Part shown: in pieces, positions 49,791-62,253 of the stretch
How positions within the stretch are numbered: the stretch's first letter is position 1
Layout: every line of letters begins with the position of its first letter
Assembly (NCBI GenBank): GCA_003971905.1
Contig: RSEE01000139.1
Location: 1 to 64,000, forward strand
Reading direction: 5' to 3'
DNA: 64,000 nucleotides
Source of the DNA: Moniliella sp. 'wahieum'
Taxonomy: Eukaryota
The notes under the pieces: generated by a model
What the model saw: only the letters and a program-made list of their open reading frames with translations
What the model was told of the DNA's origin: nothing
Databases searched by the model: none
Made by a program: the position numbers and the translations under genes

Positions 49791-49866
49791 TGCCGATTGT
49801 GGCGGTAGTATGCCGATTGTGGCGGTAGTATGCCGATTGTGGCGGTAAGGTGCCGATTGTGGCGGT
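49791..49866 (+). repeat. 20-bp tandem repeat (TGCCGATTGTGGCGGTAGTA) x ~4 inside the element; second copy near 50949-51023
   Basis: Read directly from the sequence. Confidence 0.9.
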
Positions 49867-49987
49867 GGTGTTGTTGGGCGGGAGGACGGGTGTGTCTTGT
49901 GGGCTTGGCGGCTTAGCTTGGGCTTGTAGGCTTGGGGGTGGGCTTGCTTGAAGAGCGCTCCCCTTCCGGGGGATCAGATTGTAACTC

Positions 49988-50227
49988 TGTTGGCCTAGGG
50001 AGCCGGACGGGCAGAAGGATGAGGAGAAGGTGATGGATTGGAGCCAGAGTTGGGTCTGGGTACAGAGGCATCTATATAGGAGGCTGGACTAGGCACAGGG
50101 ACAGTGAGTCACACAGGAGAGAGTGCAGGGCACAGGGACAGTGACACGCAGGGACGTCAGCGTGGAAGCCGATGGAACCGAGGCGAACCTGGTCTACCGA
50201 CTGGGAGCCAGAGGATCACAGTCAACA
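49988..50227 (-). repeat. LTR copy 2 (shared central LTR)
   Basis: Appears identical to copy 1 by eye. Confidence 0.93.
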
Positions 50228-51141
50228 CCCCCGCTGGCCAGGGAACCCGGAGACATCGGTTGTGGGATGAGCTCCTGCCAGTGGATGTAGAGAGGGGAGG
50301 ACTTGAGTGGCAACCGGGACGAATGGCCTGGAGTTGTGCATGGCCACACGACTGGCCTACACCCCCGCTGTCCAGGATGACACCTGAACGAGCCGAGCGC
50401 TTGTGGTTGGTGTATTGTGCGACCGCCAGATGCTTGTAGAAGTCTTAGAAGTAAAAGTAGTAGGGGTTGCGCCCCGAAGCGATTTGGTGGGCAAAAGTAA
50501 AAAGCACCAGTTATAGGTGTAGTGAAAGAAAATTGGAAACTTGGAGTAAATGCGGTCCAAGGTCGTTTGGCATCAAATTGGATGCGTTTGGTAGTTGTTT
50601 GGTTCCGCATGCCTGGTGCCAGTGGGGTCCATTGGGCATGGGAAATGAACGGGCGCTATGCGTCAACCGTCTTGATCTGTTTGGGTTCTCTTTGTTGTTG
50701 AAAAAGAGGAGTGGAAGAAGTTGGGTGACCACCCCCCCCCATCCTTTCCCCAGGTGCCCCGGATGAATTGGCAATCCGGGGCGTGTAGCCGTGGGTGGGG
50801 CACTTGATGAGCAGCCACCCCGCTTTCTGCGATTCGCCTGCGCCGTTTTGTCGTTGGAGGAATTTCGTCTCGTTGACGATACCCGACACGTTTTGTTCCG
50901 TCGTGTGTTGTCCCTAAAAATCATTGCCCCATCTGTGGGGGACGAGTGTGCCGATTGTGGCGGTAGTATGCCGATTGTGGCGGTAGTATGCCGATTGTGG
51001 CGGTAAGGTGCCGATGTGGCGGTGGTGTTTGGGCGGAGGACGGGGTGTGTGTGTGGGCTTGGCGGCTTAGCTTGGGCTTGTAGGCTTGGGGGTGGGCTTG
51101 CTTGAAGAGCGCTCCCTTCCGGGGGGATCAGATTGTAACTC

Positions 51142-51381
51142 TGTTGGCCTAGGGAGCCGGACGGGCAGAAGGATGAGGAGAAGGTGATGGATTGGAGCCA
51201 GAGTTGGGTCTGGGTACAGAGGCATCTATATAGGAGGCTGGACTAGGCACAGGGACAGTGAGTCACACAGGAGAGAGTGCAGGGCACAGGGACAGTGACA
51301 CGCAGGGACGTCAGCGTGGAAGCCGATGGAACCGAGGCGAACCTGGTCTACCGACTGGGAGCCAGAGGATCACAGTCAACA
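51142..51381 (-). repeat. LTR copy 3 (5' LTR in element orientation)
   Basis: Appears identical to copy 1 and is followed by the TSD CTGAG. Confidence 0.93.
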
Positions 51382-52620
51382 CTGAGCGAACGTGGTGGGC
51401 AAGTGTTTCTCTGTTCCGTTGACGATCATCGAGATGACGCGGACGTCTCTGCTACGGGAAGCAACCTATGAGGCATTGTACTCAGATCCACCTACCGCCC
51501 GCCCCCGCACAGATGCCACCAAGGATGTGGCAATCCGATTGGAGTTTAAATTTAACGTTTCATGTCGAACTGAATGTCGAGGTCAACGTTTCAATCTTCG
51601 ACTATAATAAACGCCCGCCCTCTCTTGTCGGTCGATGCACGATGCAGGATGATCGATGATCGATGAGGCCTCGGCCTCAGCGTCCTCAGCCTGAGGATAA
51701 TACTGCGATCGATGATTCTTCGCCTTGTCGCGGTCCCACAGCCGACTCCACACCACCACATGCTCAGGGCGGATGCTCGGGTGGGACGATCGAGGATCCC
51801 GATGAGGTCGATGAGGGAGAGAGAGAATGCCTGTCTCTATCTCCCAGCCTCTGGGCGGCGCAAGAAGGGGCTCGTCCTTTAGCTTCTCCAGCTCTCACTG
51901 CTATACTCTAGCCACAACCCCACCGGCGGGAGGACAAACAGAAGAGTGGGCACACCGTGGCGGTGCCTGTCGCTGCCGATTGACGGTTTTGCGAGAAGCA
52001 CGTGTACCCCCCACATGCATCCATGCATCCACGCCTCCACACAACCCCAACTGAAACTGGTGTATTGGACATTTTGCTCTGGGTGGCACCATGTGTGGCT
52101 CTCCTCGAGAAGTGGCGTACGTACGTTCAACCAAGAAGAACCCCGGCTAATACCACTCAGATGGGCGTAAACCTCCAGAGCTTGACTAATTAGTACATAC
52201 CCCACAATAGATGTGTATACTGTTGCGAAAAGAGGGAACTGCCACAACCAGAGCCTCTCGAGCACCCCCACAGTATGCCACATCTATCCTGATTCAGAGA
52301 GAGGCGCCACCGCTCCCTTCAAGACCACAGCCAGCCTCTCCTGTTGTACTCTTGTGGATGGCGCTAGGCAAGGAGCGATTTGGCCGAACGCGAACATTGT
52401 GGCGCAGACTCTCGCGAGCTTAGTGTTGTTTTTTAGTTCCAAGCGAGAGGACGCTCGCGCCTTCGTATCTCTCTGTCATAACATCTTTGTTGCTTGTACT
52501 AGAGTGAAGAGTGACTAAAAAGCATATAATCGTCCATCTCCCTCATCTCTCTCACAAATCTCCCTCATACTCACATTCCCCCATCACCTCACTCCCACAT
52601 TCGACCTTGTTCTCCTCGCC

Positions 52621-53903
52621 ATGCAAATTTCCCCCTTCTTCGTTCTTTCTGCCTGGGCATGACATCCGTCGTCTCAGCGCAGAACCCCATTACGAAACGG
52701 ATGAGTGTACCCCGTCACGTCCATGGTGCCCGCTCAGGGGGCACATGCACCATTTCGGACTACTCCCAGATTGGTCAAGTTTCCACTTGCCAAACAATTG
52801 TACTGCAAGATCTTGCAGTCCCGGCCGGGAGACGCTCACACTCAAGCTTCCTGACCAGGCTCACCTGACATTTTCGGGAACGACCACGTTTGGGTACAAA
52901 GAGTGGGAAGGTCCCCTCATTTCCCTGAGTGGAACGGGGCTCACCGTTACCGCTGCCAAGGGCGCAGTGATTGATGGCGGTGGTCCCAAATACTGGGACG
53001 GTCAGGGCGGAAACGACGGAAAGACCAAGCCCAAGTTTTTCCGTATGGAGGATATGACCAATAGCACGTCACCGGTTGACGGTCCAGAACACCCCGGTGC
53101 AAGCATCAGTATTACCAATGCCCAATCTCTCTTCCTCGACATATCACCATCGACAAACCGACTTGGTGACACTCAAGGCGGACACAACACTGACGGCTTT
53201 GATGTGCCAACAGCGACGGAGTATTCATACCAACCCGACTGTACGTACCGAGCTATCCCTCTCCCTATCTCTCTCATCACTGCTTTTTTATCTGACCGAT
53301 TGTCACTTCAATAGGTATGGAACCAAGACGACTGCCTTGCCATCAATAGCGGCAACAACACCCTCTTTTCGGGTGCCATGTGCTCGGGCGGTCACGGCAT
53401 CTCGATTGGCTCCGTCGCTGCTGATTCAACTGTGTCCGGTACATGGAGAACTCGTGAGTAACAATTCCACTCCCAATATTCTGCTTTGCTCTGGATCTGT
53501 TTTGAGCCCTCATTTTCTGACCGCTCCCCTTCCCTCATACAGCCAAGTGATGAACAGTGCCAACGGTATCCGGATCAAGACCGTGCAGGACGCAACCGAC
53601 GGAGCGGTGACCAACGTCACCTACACCGGAATCGCCTTGACCAACATCACCCAGTTTGGCATGGTGATCGAGCAGGACTACTCCAAGTCCACTGGAGGTC
53701 CTAGCGGGCACCCTACAGCCGGAATTCCCATTACCGATGTGACCATCAACAACATTACTGGTACCGTTGCATCGGATGCTTCGCCGCTCAACATTGTCTG
53801 CGCCCAAGGCGGGTGCGACAGCTGGACCGTGACGGGCTTCGACGTTACTGGAGGCAAGCCGTCGAGCTCGTGCCAAAACGTCCCTTCAGGCTTGAAGTGC
53901 TAG
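52621..53903 (+). CDS. Endopolygalacturonase, glycoside hydrolase family 28 (secreted)
   Basis: All four GH28 motifs are present: [28 protein letters not shown] and NGIRIKT. Also [28 protein letters not shown], a signal/propeptide ending in KR, and introns. Confidence 0.95.
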
Positions 53904-56900
53904 CTGATTATCCTGTCATTTCTTGTGAGCCCCACTGCCGTCACTCAGGCCCTCGCATTCTTTTCTTCCCCCATCTCTTCAAGCTTCAAGCATACCTTCT
54001 TTTTGTAATTTGTTGCGATTTGCAGCTGCCGGGCAGCTGCGAACATGTCGCTACAGGAATCTCTGAGGCTAACGCCGTATTATCATTCTACATTCTATTC
54101 TTCAACTCCCTCCTTCGCCGTCTAATCAGTACCTTTTGATGTATATAAAAGATCCTATGCCAAACATGTGTGTGTCCCTAACAAGTGGTATGCTACCTTT
54201 AGCCGACAGAAAATGTCTTCAACGCGTTCTGCACAAATTCCATTCCCTTTTGACATTGCTTTCCTGCAACGTATCATGGTATCTGTTACGGGTTGCGTTG
54301 GATCCGAAATGGTCCGAAACAAGCTAAGGCCCGTCTTCTCTGCCCATGCCCGGTAGAGCGCGTTCCGAAGTCAAACCAATTTTGACGATGGTTGGTTGAA
54401 CCAGGTACGGTAGCCCGAGTAGCCATCCTAATCAAGGCCACCAAACTTCCGGTATCTTTGCGACGACTGTCGCCTCCTTCCCCGACGCTTCCTTTTCGTT
54501 TCTCTGTGCGCCTGCGGCAACCGATTCCTGTTTTGACCCGTCTTCCTTTCTACATCCCCTCTTTCTCGTCCTCTCTCGTATACCTTCTCGTCCCTTCCCG
54601 CCTATCCTCTCCAGCTCCTTCCCGTTTTCTAGCCAATTGATTCAGTACAGGCAGCTTCCCCTTCACTTAGCTCTCACCTCCTCTTCCGACCTCGTCCTGC
54701 AGTTCTTCATCCGTCCAGTATTTCAGTCATCATCACTTATCTGACAATGGCGCAGTTGCAGCCCCGAGCATTGAGAAGGGGGAAGTGCCCGCTCCTCTCG
54801 TTATTCGTTGCTTTGGGGTGCCATCGATAGCACATGCGACAATGCTCTCTCATCCCTTTGTCGCCATGGCGTAGTTCGCGTCATCAGTGGTGAGTGGAGA
54901 GGGGAGCCAGGGCCACGTGTTGGGCAAATGAGTGGGCAATGCACTGTGCATCGTCTCCCTGCTGGACGGACCAGGGGTGGATATAGATGCGCCTCAGCGG
55001 TGGGGGGGCAACACTTGCTTTATACGGCGGGGGCCTCCTTTCATATAGGTGACTTATTCTTGCCCCCGTCGTCTAGTGGGAAATTGCACTATTACTCTTC
55101 TGTATCACGCCCCATTTGCCGCCTCTCGGTTTCAACAAGTTAAGACAAACTCATATAGCATGCTCACCCAGGGGTGCATGGATTTGGGTCGTACGAACAT
55201 GGGCGTTAGTATCACGGCAACATGCCTCTTCGCAAGGCAAGGAGCTGTGTGGCCGATGAGAAGTCGCTGGGTCCCACAAGGACTATGCTGAAAAAGATAT
55301 GTGAAGCGCGGACACCCGGCATTATATGATTCGAATCATATGTGCTTGCTTCCAACAGTCTGCTCTCTGATCTCCGATCTAATCTCAGTTCGGAACTTCT
55401 AGACCGTAAGAGGATAATGTCCTAATAAGCGATTTGACCTTGGCATAGCGCTACGGCCATCCCATGGCTCGGCATAAACTTCACAGGGAGCTCGCGCAAT
55501 GTCGTGATGTATCCCGCCCATCGAGCTCATCAACAGAGGAGAGAAAGGGGCTAATATTATGAGGGAAGAACGGAGGGGGTGTTTACTCATCTAGTATCCC
55601 ACATGTACCTCTTTTCACATGTCCGACGTCGGAGACCTGTACCCAGGTTTTTTCTTTCTCGTGTTGGATGTTGCTGTTGACTAGAACTAGTGACTACTAG
55701 CGGCGTTGTGATATCCGGCACCTGGTTGTGCATGTGATACATGCCAACACGTGCGCATAGGGGTCACCGGTCACATGTCACAAGGGGCCGCACGAGAACC
55801 GTGTAAAAGAGGTGCGCCAAAGCGTTCAGTTCAGCCACAATAAGTTACAAAAGTCCGAATTAAGCCCCCCAGCTCACTTTGACAGCCACTAGCACAGCTG
55901 TCAAAGTTGGGTCATTAGCGGATCAGCGCATCAGCTGCATCAGCGTCTGGGAAACGGAGGACGCTCCTGTGACACGTTGTGACAGCTGCCAAAATGGATG
56001 GCGCAAGATATCGGTACGTAAAGGTGTGGTGCTCTTGCGGCTTTTACATCACGCACGTCATGATGCAAGAGAAGCATGACGCGCAGACGGCATGTGGCGT
56101 AAAGCGGGGGACAACGCGGGGCCCCGCAGGCCCCGCGCGGTGGGCCAGAGAAGACGGCGATCGGTGTGCTCGTGATCTACATCTTTCTGAATGGAGCAAT
56201 ATGGAATGCACATGATCTTATTCACATGCACATACCACAACAGGTCTGGATGGCGTGCACGGGCATGACAGTTGGAGGTGGTGGCGATGCGACGATTCCG
56301 AAGTCCACGGGGTACGCATGTGTTCTCAGACGTAGGGAAGCGTACCACACATACTTTGACTGGAGACATTTGCCTTCGCTTACGCCCGGCTGGACAGAGC
56401 GCATAGGCTGACCGAACTGAGCGCTGCTCTCTGCAGGCACACTGTTGCTACCTATGTTTCAACAGCCTTTCAATTTTTGGTTGGAGGTATCTTATGTGGT
56501 TGGAGACTATAGTCCCCCCGCTAGACCCTATTTTAACTATCCCGTTCTTCCCTACGACTTTGTACACCCTTCCCTCATTTTCTCATTGCGGAGGCTTATT
56601 GGCAAAAGGAAATGAAAAATGATTAATGAGGGTCTCGTAACTGGGTTATCGGGGGGCTGACCCAACGTTATTCGATGTAAAAGGGATCCTCACTCTCCCT
56701 TCAAAAGTTTTTGAAACTTCATGTTTCTTTCGTCCCTATAGCGTCTCGCTCTTTCCCTGTTTCCTGCACTTCGCATCATGTCCTCTGCTCTTGTTTCTTC
56801 CCCACGAACGATTGCTACATCCCTTGACATAGTTTCGACTCTGGTCTCCATCGCCTTAGCCCCGAGACTGTGACAGGTCCCCTCTTTGTTACCTCTTCTT

Positions 56901-59271
56901 AACGTTTCACGTCACCCCCTCAACGCAGGCTTAGCATATGCTTGCTGAGCGTTCAGGGTTCAGGCTGAACGTACGCTGAACGTTGAACGTGCTGAACGGA
57001 GATAGGCATTTTGTGGGGTTATAGGCGTTTGTTAATTGACGCTCGACAAACGTTTTTTTATACAGGTTGTTGGGACTGGTTTTGCTGGCGGGAGCGGAGA
57101 TCAGAGGTTTTGATTTATAAGTTTTCCTGTTACGCTTTACGCGTTACGCGTTACGGGCGCTGATCGATCGCTGATCGAAGATCGACAATACGCCCCTTAG
57201 GCCTTATTCCTAGTACCTAGTATGCGCCGTCCTGATGGTGTTTGAGCTAACCATCATTTCATAACCATGCGCCACCAGGGCTCAGTTGAACGTTGAGCGC
57301 TGAGTCGAGGCTCACACTAAGAGTGCTCAGCCGTTGAGGCTCGGCCCTGCTGATGGTTTAACGTTTACTCACACTGTCTATTGGGCGCCTCTCAGGCAGA
57401 GTTGTGAAGAGGCGCTGAAAGGGTCCGTGAGCATATGTGAGCGCCCTGAGCGCCCTGAGCGCCTAAATAAGCCACAGCCTGAGCGCCTAAGGCCCTGAGC
57501 CTGATGGCGCCTCCACCAGGCGGGCTGTTGTTTCACGTGCCGTATTGACCTCACTTCGTACTTACGGCTTACGCACCACCGCACGACGGTATATCCTGTG
57601 CTACTGCTCTTCAGTCCTCGGCCTCGCACCTCATGCCTCGTGTGATATGTGACATGTGACATGTGAGTGATCTCAGGCATCTCATGCATCACGCAATGGA
57701 TTATGGATCTTTTCACGAATCATAAAATGCGGGGTGTGGAGGGGACGCAGATGTGTTACGTGGTCCGGTAGGGTGTGACCGTCTGCGTTCTCTCCGCTGC
57801 CCGCCACTCGGCGGACGCGGGACGAGGCGGGATAGGTTGAGTTGAGGTGGTGCTGGGGCCTGCTGGTACCTGTCTGGACGAGTCGTGTGCAACAAAGCAA
57901 GTCAGGCCAGTTGCAGTTTGGCGGCACGGGTGCCGATCACATGCACATTCGCTGACAACCATCACACATCATGCGTCGCGTCGTTTATCATGTGCATCGT
58001 GTGCATCATGCCCATCGCTGCTCAGCGCGTCGCTCACCTGAGCGCCATCTATGCGTTGGCCTTAGACGCTTAGAGCTTAGACCCGGCGCCCTTGCGCAGT
58101 AGCGGTGTGGCTGGAGGGTTGGACCTAGGGTGGAGGGGCTAACCACCAGCGCTTGAGATGGCCTCATTTTTGCGGATGATCAAGTCCATCGCGCCGATCG
58201 GTGCATATAATACTGCACCAAGTAGTAGTTACTATACGCGTTGCTTTTGGCTGTCGAGGCGCGCGCTCCTTCTGCCCACGCTTAAGCGCGTATGCGCATA
58301 TGCCGGTGCCGGTTCGAGCTCCGTTGCGAAGGGTATGGTTGTTGCCATCGGCAGGAGTCGGGAGTGGCCGGACTGCAGAGTCTCGGTGTGGGCCCCTGAG
58401 AGTGTCGAAGTCATTAGTATCCTCGCCATCTTGCTTGATATAGTGACTAGTGAAGCTGGAAGCTACATTGCCACGACAGTTACAAGTTACGTGTTACGAG
58501 TCTGAGGCCTTCAGGGCGCAGCCGACCTCGGGCTTGCGTATAGGCATCTGGAATCAATACCTGCATCGAGGGATCTTCTGTGAGTATGTGAGTTGGGATT
58601 GCAACCAACGCATGAGAATAACAAGCTGCTAATACAGAGATTGAAAAATGTGACGGGATATGACATTGGATTGCTTTTCCTTTCATAGAAAGCGGCATTG
58701 GTTTCTCGATGATCGATGACATTCGATGACAGGAGAAGGACCGAGGCGTAGTAGGGCGTCGCGCGATGTCCAAGGGCCCCTCCGGGTCCTACCGAGGAAC
58801 CACAAGGGACAGAGGTAGCACGCAGCCCTGGACGGACCGGCATGCGCTCGCCCCCCTTTTTGACACCATGCGTGACAGTGGCAGGGCGTCTGTGTGTTTC
58901 TGGTTGCCTCATGCGCCGCACAGTCCGCAGGGTCTCATCTCCTCCAAAAAGTTTTCCCGCAACCCCACGGCAGCAGTGGGAATCGATGGCGGTCTGGGAC
59001 GTCCGTGTGAATGGAACTGGGGAACAGCTACGCGCTTAGTTAAGCGCCAAGTACCAAGTGCCAAGTGCAGCATCCCCCACCCTTGTCACTCGTCACTCTG
59101 TCACCATGCGCAATGCGGGCAATCTTGCCTCTTACCTTCATCACTTGTCCTTTCCGCATCCTCCTCCGCCTGTATAACCTCTCTCTGTCATTCGCAGCGA
59201 CCACACAGAGTCTACGTTTTAGCCTTGCGCACCGCCCCGTTAAGTATCACCCACATTCCTGGCCGGCTCCC

Positions 59272-60899
59272 ATGTCTACTCACCACCCCTCCTCACGCCA
59301 GTTTTGGCTTTTCCCCCGTGTCCGCTCGGCCAGCTCGTTGCACCTACCAGGACCTGCTTCTGCCGCCGGGCGTGACAGCGACGAAGATAGCATGGACGAT
59401 GGTTTTTGGGATCAAGTGCGTGGCATTTCTGTCTTCACTACTCTGCCGTTTGATGCACACCGCACAAAGCGCTTTGACTGACCCTTGCTTCATTTGTTGC
59501 CCTCAGAATGATATCTCGTTTCGGCAGGAACTGCTGGGCATCTTGAAATCGGCCATGATGTCATCCAGGACGCTTGGGTCATTCAACAGCTCGCGCACCA
59601 CCCTTCCGCCCAGTCGGGGACCCTCCCATCCGAACCTCCAGCCCTGCCACCTCGCTTCACAATTCCTCCGAATCCCATGCCGAGGACACGCCCACGTTGG
59701 ACCACGCAGTTCCACTGGAATCCAGTTCGCCTCTGCGTCCCGTAGGATCGTTAGATACGCTACGCAACCAGCCTTACGCACCACCCAGCAACGGTAACAC
59801 TCCGTCTGCGAAGTCTCCTACAGCGACTGAGTCTAACGAGCTAGATCAGCTACTGAACTCGTTCCTTCCCCCTCGTCCTGCCTCACCCCGTCTCGCACGA
59901 AGTCCCGGACCCGGAAACTATCACATGTACCCTCGGCCCCACAGCTGAATCCACGGAAGTACCCGCTGCATTGCTCCCACCCTCGCACTTCGCCGTCGGG
60001 TGTGCCCGTTCCCTCCATGCCCTCTTTGCCTTCCCTACCAGCTTCCACATCCTTCCTATACCCAGTGCTCCTCCATGCCCACAACTTCAGTCACGCAATC
60101 AGGAGGAAAACAGGGTCGTCGTCGTCGTGGCGTTCATTGGGTAAGAGTCCGCTGAAAAAACAACTTTCTCTGGCCTCGCTCTATAGTGCCTTTACCTCGC
60201 GCACCACAGTGAACAAGGCGGGTGGAACCGCACCGTTTAATCCGCTGCAGGCTGCTTCAGATTTTCCCACATCATCTCCTGCTCTTGCTCCTACGTCTAC
60301 AGCTACGGCTACGGTTGTGTGTACCTATGGCTGTACCTATGGCTGCTCCTAAGGCTGTACCTACGGCTGCTCCTACTGCTGTGCCTACTGCTGTGCCTAG
60401 GGCGCTTCCGATCCGTCGCCCGTCATGCCCGCCATGCGAACGCGTCTGCTTGCAAGCCGACGCCCATGCGCAGCACATTACCACCGTTTTGAACAAGCTG
60501 GGTTTAGCACCAGAGTCGGACAAACGACCTGCACCAGTGCAAGTGCCACCCACTTATCCTGTTTCCAAGTACGCGGGCCAAACTCCCCGCGGCTCGCGCG
60601 ACATTGATGCGCTTATGGCTTCCTTGCAGCCCGGTCCCTTCTTTTGTCACCTCACCCTCTGCGTCGCCAACCTTGCGTCCTGCACCCCCGCCGGCCGGGT
60701 GGCACACGTCTCGGCTCTCGTCGGCACCCGAAATTGCGTTCCTTCTCCCACTCTTCCCGGGCGAGCGCGCACACCCATGCGTCCCAAACCCAGGTCTAGA
60801 GCATGGCCAGGTTCCCCTCTTCTTCCTTCGAACTTGCCACGCCACCGCCCCAGCTTGCCCGCCACGCCTTCCCTCCCGGATCGCTCGTTTGATGCCTAG
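59272..60899 (+). CDS. Hypothetical Ser/Pro-rich protein, spliced and frameshifted
   Basis: MSTHHPSS...DDGFWDQ, intron (GTGCGT...CTGAC...CAG, near 59416-59506), NDISFRQELLGILK..., continued by overlapping + ORFs to 60899. No recognisable domain. Confidence 0.5.
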
Positions 60900-62253
60900 G
60901 ATCCAACAGGGCGGAAGGCGGTCGAGCATGGCACGGTAGTGGAGGCGGCGTCTTAACCCTCTTGATCTGATCACAAGGGGTTCTATTCATGTACTACTCA
61001 TTTTATTGGCATGTGCATGTGCCCGTACGATTTCATCCTCCTTTCCATCCTACTGATTGAACCCGATTAATCCTTTTTGGATCTCAGGAGAATGTGGATG
61101 CTTACGATCTGTTTTGCCATATGGTTCTGCCCCCTCCCTTCGACCTGTGTGACCTATGTAACTGGTGTAGTGAGTAGCGCGAGCGGGCAGACGGAAATGT
61201 AAAAACTCTCTGCACTCTCATGTAGACAAACCACGCCAAGACGTACATTAAGCGACGATCAACTCGATTGATGCGATCGCTGTTGTTTGCAGTCGGTCCC
61301 TTAGCGCCCACAGACTCAAGGGCTTGCTGAAGCTGGAGGGTGGGGAGGGGGCAGGTGGCTTCAGCTGAAGGTCACAAACAAAACCCGTTTTTGGGCCGGA
61401 AGGAACGATCTGCACTCCCCCACCCAACGTGGCCATATTTGTATTCGTCGGGACAGATGAAGGGTAAGAAGGGTCGAGTATGTGCTAGATAACTCGTGTT
61501 CTGTTCATACACTAGCCCTTGTGGGCTTGCTGTTATCCGATGGACACCTCCACCTCTATCAACATTGGGCAGCGTCGGCTGATATCGCACTGATATCTGC
61601 CTGCCCACGTCAACATTCGCCCTGGGAGCCACAATTGTCCACCGGCCCACAGCGCTCCCAGACTCGACGGCAGGACTGGCAATTTGACTCGAGGTTGGAC
61701 TGGGTAGTAGGTGGCCCTCCGGATCCATTCCCATTGCGACTATAGGAAAAGGCGGTCAGGCTAAAAAGAAAGCAAATGGTCGTGTGATGACTGATTACTG
61801 GTGATGGAGTAAACACTTTCGCACTGGTAGTGGTTATTGGCATGCCCCCCGTGCAAGGGCAGGTGCCGATCTGGCGGCCATCGGATGAGATGGCTAGCAC
61901 AAACAATATAAAGTAACCTTTTCAAGCTGAGTGCGATCCGGCGGAGGGGATATGCGGGTTCCCCCTATGCATGCCGTTCTTGGCCTGATGTAGCAGGACT
62001 TGGATCCTGCTTCAGCCTATCGGTAGCGGTACCGGATCCATGAGGACATACGACGGAGATGAGGATACATATCGAGGGAGGGTATGCAAAAATGGAGTGG
62101 AAGGGGAACAAGGCAGGCGAACAACAGCACTGGTGTAGCAAGGAGACGAGACCCGTCTGAACCCTCCCCCCCTTCTCCCTGAAGGCTTAGGCTTAGCGCG
62201 AAGGGTGGGATGGGGGAATGGGGGTAGCCCACACAGTCTCTCAAATCTGGAGT

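Larger units (their letters stand above)
48834..51381 (-). mobile_element. Non-autonomous LTR retroelement (TRIM-like) in tandem: LTR-int-LTR-int-LTR
   Basis: Three 240-bp LTRs with TGTTG...CAACA termini, two 914-bp internal regions, a 1154-bp period, and a 5-bp TSD CTGAG at 48829-48833 and 51382-51386. A PPT-like AGCGGGGG abuts the LTR on the minus strand. No recognisable RT or integrase. Confidence 0.93.

Noticed and set aside
49791..49866. 20-bp repeats, and the heptamer arrays, as a CRISPR array
   Set aside because: There are no unique 25-45-nt spacers and no cas genes, and the context is eukaryotic.
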